Assembly (NCBI GenBank): GCA_024346625.1
Contig: AP024667.1
Location: 248,001-312,000, forward strand
Direction of reading: 5' to 3'
From: Williopsis jadinii
Taxonomy: Eukaryota
Length of the DNA stretch: 64,000 nt
Below are positions 34,302 to 44,281 of this stretch, piece by piece (within the stretch, counting starts at the first letter, position 1; every line of letters begins with the position of its first letter). Both the position numbers and the translations under genes were made by a program. The notes beneath the pieces were generated by a model, which saw only the letters and a list, made by a program, of their open reading frames with translations, ran no database searches and had not been told where the DNA came from.

Positions 34302-35843
34302 ATGAGACTTAAGAAGCCAGTTTCCAAGAGAGGCACCACCCGTATGAGGGAAGGTATTAAGAAGAAAGCCGCAGCCCACAGAAAGAAACAGAACAAGCTT
34401 GCTAAGAAGGATCCAACATGGAAGAGTAAGCACAAGAAGGACCCAGGTATTCCATCCAGTTTCCCATACAAGGACAGAATTGTCAATGAGATCGAGGAGA
34501 CCAAGAGACAGCACGCTGAGGAAAGAGAACGCTTGAGGGAGTTGAAGAGACAGGAGAGGCTCGCTTCTGGGGAGAACACGGGAGATGCCATGGAAGAAGA
34601 TGATGATGAGAACGATAACGGTGACAGCAACGGGCTGGCCGCACTCTTGGAGAGTGCTCAACAAGCCGCTAAGGAGTATGAAGGTGAGGACAGCGATGAA
34701 GATAGCGAAGATGAGGAGGACTTGGAAGTTGTCGATTATGAAATTAGTGACGACAGCGATGACGATTCAGAACTGGACAAGTCCCGTAAGGCCTATGATA
34801 AGATCTTCAAGACCGTTGTTGAAGCATCCGATGTTGTGCTGTACGTCTTAGATGCCAGAGATCCAGAAGGTACAAGATCAAGAAAAGTTGAGCAAGCTGT
34901 CCTGCAAAGTCAAGGTAAAAGATTAATACTCATTCTGAATAAGATTGACCTGATTCCACCTGAAGTCTTGAAGAAATGGATGGACTTCCTCAAATCGTCG
35001 TTCCCAACTATCCCAGTGAAGGCATCTGGTGGTGCAACCAACAGTACTTCGTTCAACAAGAATATGACACAGGCAGTCACCACTTCGAGCTTACTCACGG
35101 CGTTGAAATCGTACGCTGCAAAATCCAACTTCAAGAGATCAATCATCGTTGGTGTGATTGGTTACCCAAACGTTGGTAAATCTTCCATCATTAATGCATT
35201 GACCTCACGCCACGGTGGTTCTTCTAAGGCATGTCCAGTTGGTAACCAAGCCGGTGTTACAACCTCGCTGAGAGAGGTCAAGATCGATGGTAAGCTTAAA
35301 GTGTTGGACTCCCCAGGTATCGTGTTCCCATCTGAGAAGAAGAAGTCCAAGGTTGACCAAGAAGCACAATTGGCTTTACTCAATGCCCTCCCTCCAAAGC
35401 AAATCACAGACCCTGTCCCTGCGATCCTATTACTGTTGAAGAGAATTGCCAAATCCCCAGAGATGACAGAATCGTTTAAGAAGTTCTACGAGCTTCCCCC
35501 AATTCCTGATTCTGACCTTAACGAATTCTGTAAGAACTTTTTGATTCACGTTGCAAGAAAGAGAGGAAGACTGAGTAAAGGTGGTATTCCAAACTTGCAC
35601 TCTGCGGGTGTCAGTGTGTTGAATGATTGGAGAGATGGTAAGATCAACGGATGGGTATTGCCAAAATCTTCGAAAGAATCTGCTGCTTCTGCGAGTGAGC
35701 ACCATGCTATCAAAGGCACCGGGTCCGGTAGTGCTCCAAGTGTGGAACAGACCACGATCGTTAATGAATGGGCTAAAGAATTTGACCTCGATGGATTATT
35801 TGCTACGTTGGATAACCAGAAGGATGAAGCCATGGTTGAATGA
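34302..35843 (+). CDS. NUG1: Nuclear GTPase Nug1 (60S biogenesis)
   Basis: KDPGIPSSFPYK, DARDP, NKIDL, GYPNVGKSS, DSPG and GRLSKGGIP. Confidence 0.97.
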   Translation: MRLKKPVSKRGTTRMREGIKKKAAAHRKKQNKLAKKDPTWKSKHKKDPGIPSSFPYKDRIVNEIEETKRQHAEERERLRELKRQERLASGENTGDAMEEDDDENDNGDSNGLAALLESAQQAAKEYEGEDSDEDSEDEEDLEVVDYEISDDSDDDSELDKSRKAYDKIFKTVVEASDVVLYVLDARDPEGTRSRKVEQAVLQSQGKRLILILNKIDLIPPEVLKKWMDFLKSSFPTIPVKASGGATNSTSFNKNMTQAVTTSSLLTALKSYAAKSNFKRSIIVGVIGYPNVGKSSIINALTSRHGGSSKACPVGNQAGVTTSLREVKIDGKLKVLDSPGIVFPSEKKKSKVDQEAQLALLNALPPKQITDPVPAILLLLKRIAKSPEMTESFKKFYELPPIPDSDLNEFCKNFLIHVARKRGRLSKGGIPNLHSAGVSVLNDWRDGKINGWVLPKSSKESAASASEHHAIKGTGSGSAPSVEQTTIVNEWAKEFDLDGLFATLDNQKDEAMVE

Positions 35844-35901
35844 TTACATCCTGTATACTCACTTTTGTCATTAAATGATTATTATATTACATCTCGAAAG
35901 A

Positions 35902-37680
35902 TCAAACTGTACCTTGGTTACCTGTCATGTTTTGCAGTGCTTCCCCTAGAGTTGGAGCCTTGTGTGCGTTCATCCATGGCCATGCTAGTATATTGTCATA
36001 AGTGTTGAAGTTCATAAAAAACGACACTAACATCTCAGTCGGTCTTGGAGTTAGTCTCTTTCCGAACCTCTGCTGTAAATCATCTGAATCTTCGTAAAGG
36101 TCGTTATGTGACAGTAATCGATAGAGTATTAATCCAAGTGAGTAAATATCAAGGTTGACCCCTGAAACGACCAAGCTATCTGATCGTCTAGCTTCAAGAA
36201 TACAGCTATGCTTGTATTTCAGGTTTCTTTGGTCATCCAAGAACAACGAATAATGCATGAGTTTGTCCCTTGCGACGGCGTGGTCAAAGGATGAAATCAG
36301 TATTTGGTTATCAGTTGATATCAGAATGTTGTTCAGACCTAAATTGCCATGAATACAGCCTGTGTGTGCTAAGAAGAAATTCAATCCTGATAGTACTTGA
36401 TACGCTGCTGTAGCAAATAACTGCGTATTCTCTGGCCTTATGTGCTCCTTTATCGTATCCAGGAATTCTTCAAATGACAATGCAACTGGTTGAGAAAGGA
36501 TGTAGCATGTGTTTCGCAGGGGTGTAGGTTCGAAGATGGTATCATAGGTTTGGAGTAAATTTGGACTGGTGTTGCCACTGTTTCTCAAATCCATCAGCAC
36601 TTTCAGCTCTCTCCCCAAAGCCTGTCCTCTGTAATCTGCATCAATTGCTCCGATTTGGCTACCAATCTCTTTGATAGTGTAGCAGCCACCTGTCCTTGCA
36701 TGTTCAACTGCGTACAGTATTCCATTTGAAGTTTTGGATATGATCTTACGCAGGACAAAGTTTTGGATACTAAACCTCCCGCTTCCCTGTGGTTGTTCTG
36801 ATTGGTTATTAGTATCATTCTGAGAACCACGTATCCTTTGATCCTCCAAGCAGTATCTAAGAACAATCAGCTGTAACTGCAATGCTTGTATTTCCCCCAT
36901 AGACGTGACCAGTCTCTGTTGTAGTTGGTCGTTACTCAGCCTCAAAGAATGGTCAGTTGGCTCAGACGCTGGCATTGCATTCGATGCGTTCGTGCCATTA
37001 GTGTTGGTGCTATTCTTGTTGTTGTCGTCACTTCTCGTCGACTCATTCTGGATAGACGGCCTCTCGGTCTGTATCGTGGGCAGTGGCCTTGAATTGCACG
37101 CAACACCCTCACTGTGATTATGCTGTGTATCCGTGTCGTCCCTTAACAGAACGACGGTCTCATCATCCTCATCATCCTCAGTATCCTCATCCTCCCCTTC
37201 AGTGCTCGAAGTGGCCGATCTGGCAGGCTCACAGGGCATCCTCTCCGAGATGGTATCGCGTATTACTCCATCTTCAACAAACCTATACCGGAATGACATG
37301 CTCAGCATGCCCCTGGTCTCAATGTGCTCCTTCTCAAGCCCCATCGCCTGAAGCACCGGGTCGTCCATCTTCAGCACGCTCTGCACAGTCACCAAGTCGT
37401 CACTACTGCATCTGAGGACATACCTCGTGCCCACAGTAGAGTCAACAACCTCGATACCAACTGTGTCCTCCGTGACCTTCTGCACCTTCGCCCATATCCT
37501 CACAGGCTCCGTCTTCTTCGCCTTCTGCCCCATGTCCGTCAGCAGCACATAGTTCGTCTTAGGCGATGTGAACTGCGACTTCACCCTCAGCAGCGGCGTC
37601 TTGAATTGCACCTGCTGCAGCCATCTGGCAAACGGGTCTATGAGCCCAAGGTTCCTCTCTTCCAGTGCCCTTTTCCCCAT
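35902..37680 (-). CDS. Protein-kinase-fold protein, probably a pseudokinase
   Basis: The C-terminal half has YTIK, RELKVL, IHGNLGLNNIL, ISSFDH and DIYSLG. The N-terminal half is unrecognised. Confidence 0.7.
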   Translation of the reverse strand: MGKRALEERNLGLIDPFARWLQQVQFKTPLLRVKSQFTSPKTNYVLLTDMGQKAKKTEPVRIWAKVQKVTEDTVGIEVVDSTVGTRYVLRCSSDDLVTVQSVLKMDDPVLQAMGLEKEHIETRGMLSMSFRYRFVEDGVIRDTISERMPCEPARSATSSTEGEDEDTEDDEDDETVVLLRDDTDTQHNHSEGVACNSRPLPTIQTERPSIQNESTRSDDNNKNSTNTNGTNASNAMPASEPTDHSLRLSNDQLQQRLVTSMGEIQALQLQLIVLRYCLEDQRIRGSQNDTNNQSEQPQGSGRFSIQNFVLRKIISKTSNGILYAVEHARTGGCYTIKEIGSQIGAIDADYRGQALGRELKVLMDLRNSGNTSPNLLQTYDTIFEPTPLRNTCYILSQPVALSFEEFLDTIKEHIRPENTQLFATAAYQVLSGLNFFLAHTGCIHGNLGLNNILISTDNQILISSFDHAVARDKLMHYSLFLDDQRNLKYKHSCILEARRSDSLVVSGVNLDIYSLGLILYRLLSHNDLYEDSDDLQQRFGKRLTPRPTEMLVSFFMNFNTYDNILAWPWMNAHKAPTLGEALQNMTGNQGTV

Positions 37681-37922
37681 TGTAACGGCTCAATGCTCGG
37701 CACCGTTATTCGCTTCCCGTAAGCTCACCGCTTGCAGTTCGTGGTGCCCAGTGGAGAAAAAAATAGAACACAAACACACGAAAATACCCCCAAACAAAGG
37801 GGAGATTTGTCGAGAAAAAACATCAAAACATAAACAAAGACATAAACAAAGAGGGAGATCTCCACGGCGGCAACTCAAGCAGTGAGAAGAAGAGGCAGAA
37901 GAAGCAAGCAAAGCAAAGCCAA

Positions 37923-40391
37923 ATGGTCACCACATCGCTCAAGTCGTTCATCAAGAGCGTGAAGTCGTCGAAGACCATAGCGGATGAGCGTTCCATCATC
38001 CAGCGTGAGTCGGCGCTGATTAGAACGGCGTTCAAGGATACACACGTGTCGCACCAGACCCGTCGTATAAACATCCAGAAGCTGTTGTACCTGTACATCC
38101 TTGGAGAGAAGACGCACTTTGGTCAGATTGAGTGTATCAAGCTGCTGGCGTCGCCGAACTTTGTGGACAAACGGTTGGGTTATTTGGCCACGATGCTGAT
38201 ACTGGACGAGAACCAGGAGGTGTTGACCCTGCTGACGAACTCACTGAATAACGACATGAACCATCCTAACCAGTTCATCGTGTCGTTGGCGCTGACTACG
38301 CTGGGGAACATCTGTTCCCCGGCATTGGCAAGAGACTTGTACACTGACGTGGAGAAGGTGATTTCGGGTAACAACAACTACCTGAAGAAGAAAGCTGCTC
38401 TCGTTGCGGCTAAGATCGTGGAGAAGGATCCGGACCTTGCTGAAATTTTTGAGCCAAAGGTGAGCAACTTGCTGGACTGTACGGACCACGGTGTTCTATT
38501 GGGCGCTTTGAAATTGGTGAGAAGCCTATACGAGGTTTCTCCGGATTCGAGATCTTTTCTTGTTTCAAAGATCCCGAAGGTTATCGATATCTTGAAAGGT
38601 TTGGCCAAGGATTTGAACCCAGAGTACGCCGTTTCAGGTGTTGCTGATCCGTTCCTACAAGTGTCTCTTGTGGAAACACTGCGTCTGATCTTTATCGATG
38701 AAGAACACCAGGACGAGAGCCATAAGTTCAACGAACAATTGCACGATGTTCTGACTTCAATCACATCGTACGCAAACATCTCGTCTTCTTCAAGTTCACA
38801 GGCAAAGGGATCGTCCGCGTCCGTTCTCCATGAGACGGTCAAGACTATATTCTCCATTCCAAATCTGGATCCTGCGCTGAAAGTGTTGGGAATTAACACT
38901 CTGGGCCAACTTCTGAGCACAAAGGATAACAACAACAGATATGTTGCCTTAAACACTTTCTTGACTGTGGTGGATATCGAGCCATTGGCAGTTCAAAGAC
39001 ATAGAGCCACAATCGTTTCATGTTTGAAAGACCAAGATATCTCCATAAAGAGAAGAGCTTTGGAATTGACTTTTTCAATATTGGATTCCAGTAACATTAG
39101 AATCTTGATCAAGGAAATCCTTTCCTTCTTGGAAAACCCTGTGAATAACGATAGGGAATTGAAAACTTATATCATCACAAACGTTACAAATATTTTGGGG
39201 CATAAAGAACTCATTCCAAACGAAAAATGGAAATTCGATACAATTGCTAAACTTTGTTACCTAGGTGGTGATTGTTTCTCTTCGACGATCGTTTCTCAGA
39301 TCTTAGCTTTGGTTATGAATATCCCCAACAACGATGAATTGAAGAAATACATTATCAACAAGTTATTCAAGGAGGCATACTCGGATTCCTCAAAAGATGG
39401 GTTAAACAACATCGCGGTGTATCTAGCAGGTGAATATGGTGATTTGTTACTCGGAACATCCTTGGAAGATGGTGAAAAGATAACAGACACTCTTTTAGCG
39501 GACTTTTTGGTTGGACTTTCTCATCTTCAAAACGACGACCCAGTGCTTGTATCGTTCATCCTTGCATCTGCGGTGAAGTTGTCTACACATGTTCAAGATT
39601 CTTCTGCCAGATCCAAATTGAAAAACTATATCACGTCAAAAACCACATCGGATAACCTTGGAATTCAAATCAAGGCAACGACTTATCTGGTTTTATTTGA
39701 TGAACCTGATAACATCAAAAGAGGTGTTTTGGATAAAATGCCACCTCCTGTTATCACACAAAAAGACACCGTTTCACTCACAAACAGGGCTAAGCATAAC
39801 ATGCTGTCCCAAGGTGACGTTGACAAACGTAGAGGATCTCTTTCAAAGACTGAAGACCTCTTGCTTGACTTGATGGATGACGATACGATTCCAGCTGACA
39901 CTCAAAATATCAATGCAACTGACTTACTTGGTGATATATTCGGAAGCTCGGGACCATCGACAGCAACCCCGCCAAAGAGTTCAAGTGCCAAGAATGACAT
40001 ATTGGATCTATTTGGAGGTAATGTCAATAAACCTATTCAGTCTTTCCCAACTGGTGGTATTGAAGCATTCCATAACGACGTTGTAAGAGTTTGTTTCTTA
40101 CCGAAAAGTATTGGAGATGGCCAAGCCATTATCGAAACCATTATTGCAAATAAAACTGCTCATCAAATCGAAGGCCTACAGCTACTCATTGCTGTTCCAA
40201 AGACTCAGAAATTGACAATGACTTCAATCTCTAACCCAGTGATCCCACCAAACTCCTTTGCTACACAGGATCTAAAGATCGTTGGTAACGCTGGTTCCAA
40301 AATCAAACTGAGGGTTAAGTTTACCTACAACTCTCAAGGTGTGGCATCTACTGAACAGTTCGACTTTGGGCAAATTACTGAAACGTTGTGA
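37923..40391 (+). CDS. APL4: AP-1 complex gamma-adaptin
   Basis: SLKSFIKSV..TIADER, THFGQIEC, KRLGYL, DPFLQ and a C-terminal GAE ear domain (AVPKTQKL). Confidence 0.96.
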   Translation: MVTTSLKSFIKSVKSSKTIADERSIIQRESALIRTAFKDTHVSHQTRRINIQKLLYLYILGEKTHFGQIECIKLLASPNFVDKRLGYLATMLILDENQEVLTLLTNSLNNDMNHPNQFIVSLALTTLGNICSPALARDLYTDVEKVISGNNNYLKKKAALVAAKIVEKDPDLAEIFEPKVSNLLDCTDHGVLLGALKLVRSLYEVSPDSRSFLVSKIPKVIDILKGLAKDLNPEYAVSGVADPFLQVSLVETLRLIFIDEEHQDESHKFNEQLHDVLTSITSYANISSSSSSQAKGSSASVLHETVKTIFSIPNLDPALKVLGINTLGQLLSTKDNNNRYVALNTFLTVVDIEPLAVQRHRATIVSCLKDQDISIKRRALELTFSILDSSNIRILIKEILSFLENPVNNDRELKTYIITNVTNILGHKELIPNEKWKFDTIAKLCYLGGDCFSSTIVSQILALVMNIPNNDELKKYIINKLFKEAYSDSSKDGLNNIAVYLAGEYGDLLLGTSLEDGEKITDTLLADFLVGLSHLQNDDPVLVSFILASAVKLSTHVQDSSARSKLKNYITSKTTSDNLGIQIKATTYLVLFDEPDNIKRGVLDKMPPPVITQKDTVSLTNRAKHNMLSQGDVDKRRGSLSKTEDLLLDLMDDDTIPADTQNINATDLLGDIFGSSGPSTATPPKSSSAKNDILDLFGGNVNKPIQSFPTGGIEAFHNDVVRVCFLPKSIGDGQAIIETIIANKTAHQIEGLQLLIAVPKTQKLTMTSISNPVIPPNSFATQDLKIVGNAGSKIKLRVKFTYNSQGVASTEQFDFGQITETL

Positions 40392-40596
40392 TTGACATTT
40401 CTCCTACCGATTCAAAAGAAGGCAAAAATGGATCACGTTATCACCGTCCCTTTGTTCCCCATATAAGCTGTAATACTCCGATTTTGGTTACATTACTATT
40501 GTTTTCTTACAGTATACGATAAAATTTAACGTACAAACATTGATCACGTAGATACAACATCACGGGGAAGTCACACCACCACCATCATCTTTCTCT

Positions 40597-41248
40597 TCAG
40601 TGACGATCGACACCAGAGGAGACAGCTTCAGCAGCCTCATCAACCTTGTCAGCCAAGTTGTCTGTCTGGTTTGGAAGAACGTATTGGTCGGCAATTGGCT
40701 TGACAACAGAGCTATAGATAACCTGGGCACCTCCGAATTGAGGAAGGGCCAAATAGAGCAAGAACAATGTCTTGATAAACCAGTAGAATGGGATCCAGTA
40801 CAAAAGCGCCTTTGACCAGAACTCGATAACGTTCAAGAAGGCAAAGACAACCCAGTACGTCAACAGTTGGGTGTCATCCTTGGAGGTGGAGGTTCTCAAG
40901 GCCAAAAGAGACAGGTATCCTGGAACGACAAACCCAGCAATGTTGGAGAGCAATTGACCAATCCCACCAAAGTTGAGGAAGATCAAGATGAAGTAAAACA
41001 CACCAGCACCGACAACAGCGTAGGATCTTGGCAATTGGGTGGACGACTCGAACTGGCTAAGAATGGAGTTGCCAGCAAGTTTCTATCGGAAGCACACGCA
41101 CATATCATGTTAGCATATTTCAGCTTCTCTCCTGTCTACGCGGGCCTGAAAAACAGTACCCAGATCAAAGCAGGAAACAACAAAACGAGCAACTTACATT
41201 ATCGATGGACTTCAGCGAAGATTGCAATTGACCGACGAAATCAGACAT
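40597..41248 (-). CDS. YOP1: ER-shaping protein Yop1 (DP1/REEP), 2 exons (41248-41198, 41082-40597)
   Basis: DDTQLLTYWVVFAF..IEFWSK..WIPFY. Intron 41197-41083 is GTAAGT..TGCTAAC..TAG. Convergent with APL4 as in S. cerevisiae. Confidence 0.93.
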
Positions 41249-41575
41249 GATGATTGGACTGTTCAGCTAATTGGATCAATCAGAGACGAAACAAGGGGCA
41301 AATCAAGCTAAATGTGTGAAATAGTAACCTAGGGGGAAGAGGCCGAAGGAAGAAAAAAAAATATACTCACACGGTGAAATCCATGCTCGGGATGTGTGTG
41401 CTATTTTGGAACCGGTGTCCGGGTGTATCAACACCCTTGCATCACCAAGGCAACAGATGATGAACCACTCACTACACATGGCGTATAGCTACTGGCCTGG
41501 TGCCACCTTTCACGTGGTCGTGATGGTCTGTAGTGTGCTGTATATATATGGTTATATACGTGTGTGTCACAGGGC

Positions 41576-43504
41576 TCATAGGACTGTTGAGCTTTGGCTT
41601 CGAACGAGCCCTTCTCTGTTGAACTCGGAAAACTCCAGGAAGGATCCGGGGCTCTTGGACGAGTTCTTCTTTGGAGCAAAGGCATTGTTTAGATGAAAGT
41701 TGGCATAGCTTCTTGTTCTCAAGCTCTTGAAGTCCTCATTCGACTTGAGTGCTGGGCTCATGCTGCCAGACACTGCGCCGTCCTGTGCTTTATCCTCGTG
41801 GTTGTCCATCGTGGCAAGGGTTCCGGACTCCAGGTCTGTCTGCTCCTGTGTCGACAGCTTGAGATACCGGTAATGGTTGTACTTGGCCTTCAATTTTGAT
41901 GTGATTTGCGTGAAGATAGTGGGAAAGCGTTTGAGGGAGTCTCTTTTGTACATGTAGAGATAAGCAAGCGTCAGCGCACCGAGAAACACGAACAGTAGTA
42001 AGAAGCTCCACGATCCGTGTCCGAGCTGTGACGAAAGCGACGGGTTATCAATACCTCCGTATACAAAAGGTTTGCTCTCCTTGGAGGCCGGTGCTATTCC
42101 GACACTGATCTTATCAGAAGATGCGATCATAGAGGAGGCATACAGCAAGATCCTTCCCAGGGTCCACGATAACTCTGCACCTCTGATGCTTCCAGCAGAT
42201 TGGAAGGGGATATGGGGTTTATACTCCAAGTCGACATCCTCAGAAGTTGAGTGTTTCTCCTCAATCCCTACACGAGGTAGGTTGAACCCCTCGTGTAATA
42301 CATTGATGACCCAATTGGCCTTGAAGCATGCATCTATCAATATCGAAGTTGGAACGTTGTTATAGGCACCTTGCTCTGAGTTCTTTTGGATCTCTGACCA
42401 CTCACTTTCGCAGAACGACTTCACCTTCTCGTTGAATTGTAGGAAGTTGTACTCACCACCCATGTGAAAGACATCATTTGCTGTGTACCAATACTCAGAG
42501 ATGCCAACGAATTTATCCCTCTGGAAGTCAATCTCTGGTGCATGGACGCCGTTGAACAGACATGGAGTCTCAGTACAAGGCAGATTCTTCAGCAGCAAGG
42601 GGTACGTGGTTTTCAAACAGCTCTCGTAATCACCAGAGCCTATGATCTCGTAAGAATGCTTCAAGTGGAGGAAGTCTAGCTTTGCGCCGCGTGGTAAACA
42701 CGGGTCATTAACAGCCTTCGTGTTGAAATCGTCCTCATCGTCACTGTTGTTCAGCTCAGGCAGTATATTGATCAGATTCTTCAAGTATCTCTTCCTCGCC
42801 TCGTTGGCACCAAATCCTAGCCACGTACTGACAAATACGTCCCATTGCTGAACACCACCACCAACATTCCGTAGGTACACCGTTGATATGTCATCTCTAT
42901 GCTTGACGATTTCTTCCCTGGAGTACGGAACAAAGCTGATCTGGGTGGAGGCACCACCCATATCCATGAACCCGTAACTCGGGCGTAGTGACTCGTTGCT
43001 CTCTTCGCTACTCACGTCGTAATCATCCATCTGGCCCAGCAAGTAGTTCAAGCTGATCCAGCCATACAAACCTTCCGTCTCGCCATCGATGATTTGAACC
43101 TGCTCAGCACAGTTTTCCAGTAAGAACCCACTCTTCTTCCCAACCTTCTCACAGATCGTCTCGAGCAGCGTATCCCTCTTCTTCTTGGGCACCAACCTCA
43201 TCCCTGCAGTTGCCAGTATAAATATAGGCGTCTCATTCCACTGTTCCTTCGGGATGATCTTCTCTGCATACTCGATCAGGTCCTCGTAGTGATCGTCCCA
43301 CACCTTGTGTGGCTTGTCTGCGAACGTCGACACCCCTGGTGAGGTCTTATAGCTCCAGTCCTCCTGTTGAAACACTCTAGGCACTGAGTTCCACTGTGAA
43401 GTGTCCTCCTTGGACACTTCTGAAGGATCAGGCCACGAGTAGATCTGGATACGTGAGCCTGAGGACCCGGAATCAACCACAATACCGTACTTGTGGCGTG
43501 TCAT
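41576..43504 (-). CDS. YND1: Golgi apyrase
   Basis: Apyrase conserved regions DSGSSGSR, ATAGMR, EGLYGW, DMGGAS and SWTLG, with a C-terminal TM. Confidence 0.95.
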   Translation of the reverse strand: MTRHKYGIVVDSGSSGSRIQIYSWPDPSEVSKEDTSQWNSVPRVFQQEDWSYKTSPGVSTFADKPHKVWDDHYEDLIEYAEKIIPKEQWNETPIFILATAGMRLVPKKKRDTLLETICEKVGKKSGFLLENCAEQVQIIDGETEGLYGWISLNYLLGQMDDYDVSSEESNESLRPSYGFMDMGGASTQISFVPYSREEIVKHRDDISTVYLRNVGGGVQQWDVFVSTWLGFGANEARKRYLKNLINILPELNNSDDEDDFNTKAVNDPCLPRGAKLDFLHLKHSYEIIGSGDYESCLKTTYPLLLKNLPCTETPCLFNGVHAPEIDFQRDKFVGISEYWYTANDVFHMGGEYNFLQFNEKVKSFCESEWSEIQKNSEQGAYNNVPTSILIDACFKANWVINVLHEGFNLPRVGIEEKHSTSEDVDLEYKPHIPFQSAGSIRGAELSWTLGRILLYASSMIASSDKISVGIAPASKESKPFVYGGIDNPSLSSQLGHGSWSFLLLFVFLGALTLAYLYMYKRDSLKRFPTIFTQITSKLKAKYNHYRYLKLSTQEQTDLESGTLATMDNHEDKAQDGAVSGSMSPALKSNEDFKSLRTRSYANFHLNNAFAPKKNSSKSPGSFLEFSEFNREGLVRSQSSTVL

Positions 43505-43832
43505 GTCGAATGGATCCAGCAGCTGCCTCTAATGTTCACCATCTGTCCATGAGGATAAAGAGAAGAGACACTGGGTTCTCTTCTCTCTGGCGCTGCAAGG
43601 CAGCTCAGAGGCGTGGATCAACATCCCGATCGGGCAATTCGCCCAATTGGGAAACAGATACCGGCAGAGGAGCTATGTTGACAGCGACGGTGTGACATTG
43701 AGTGCCACTGAGTGCCAACGAAGGGGCACAGGCCTCCAGTGAGCGTTGTCCTAGCCGGAATACACTGGTATAACTTGTCATTACGCCCACCATGGCCCAC
43801 CGTCCATGGGAGCCCACCCCGACACTTGTCTC

Positions 43833-44084
43833 ACACCCGCACACCACATCCGAACACCTCACTCACATCCGCACACCACCGTTTACACCCGCACACCACG
43901 CTCCTGTCAGCAGCACCCCCAACAGCAGAAACCCACTCACCAACACCGTACACGCTACACCCGTACAACCTCTGTGCACGTCGCCAACCACCCACCACAC
44001 CCAAACAACGGCCAAACAATGCTAACACCACCGCCAATTGGCCCGTCTACCCTCCTCAGCCACAACGTGTTGCAACCGCACATC
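43833..44084 (+). repeat. Co-oriented cluster of ~7-8 Rap1-consensus-like 13-mers (ACAYCCGNACACC)
   Basis: acacccgcacacc at 43833 and 43885, acatccgaacacc 43846, acatccgcacacc 43865, acacccgtacaac 43957, acacccaaacaac 43997, and weaker copies. Confidence 0.65.
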
Positions 44085-44183
44085 ACCACACTGTGTTTCG
44101 TCATCGGTACGCGCCGCATCAACGCATGCCCTCGACGAGTCCGCCGACCGGGCCTGCTTCAGTTTTTTTCAGGCCCTGTGGCC

Positions 44184-44190
44184 TGAGTCA
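44184..44190. promoter_or_regulatory. Gcn4/AP-1 site TGAGTCA upstream of HOM3
   Basis: Perfect TGAGTCA about 95 nt before the HOM3 ATG. HOM3 is a known Gcn4 target in S. cerevisiae. Confidence 0.65.
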
Positions 44191-44281
44191 TAAGTGAAAT
44201 GTCTCGTGGAGCTGGTGATTGTTCAGTTTCTCTCACTTTCTCTCTGTTTCCATTGCAAGAGTAAGGACACTTTGTAGAACA

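Noticed and set aside
43712..44197. His/Pro/Thr-rich ORFs of 126-161 aa upstream of HOM3
   Set aside because: A by-product of C/A-skewed DNA that lacks stop codons; non-ATG starts.
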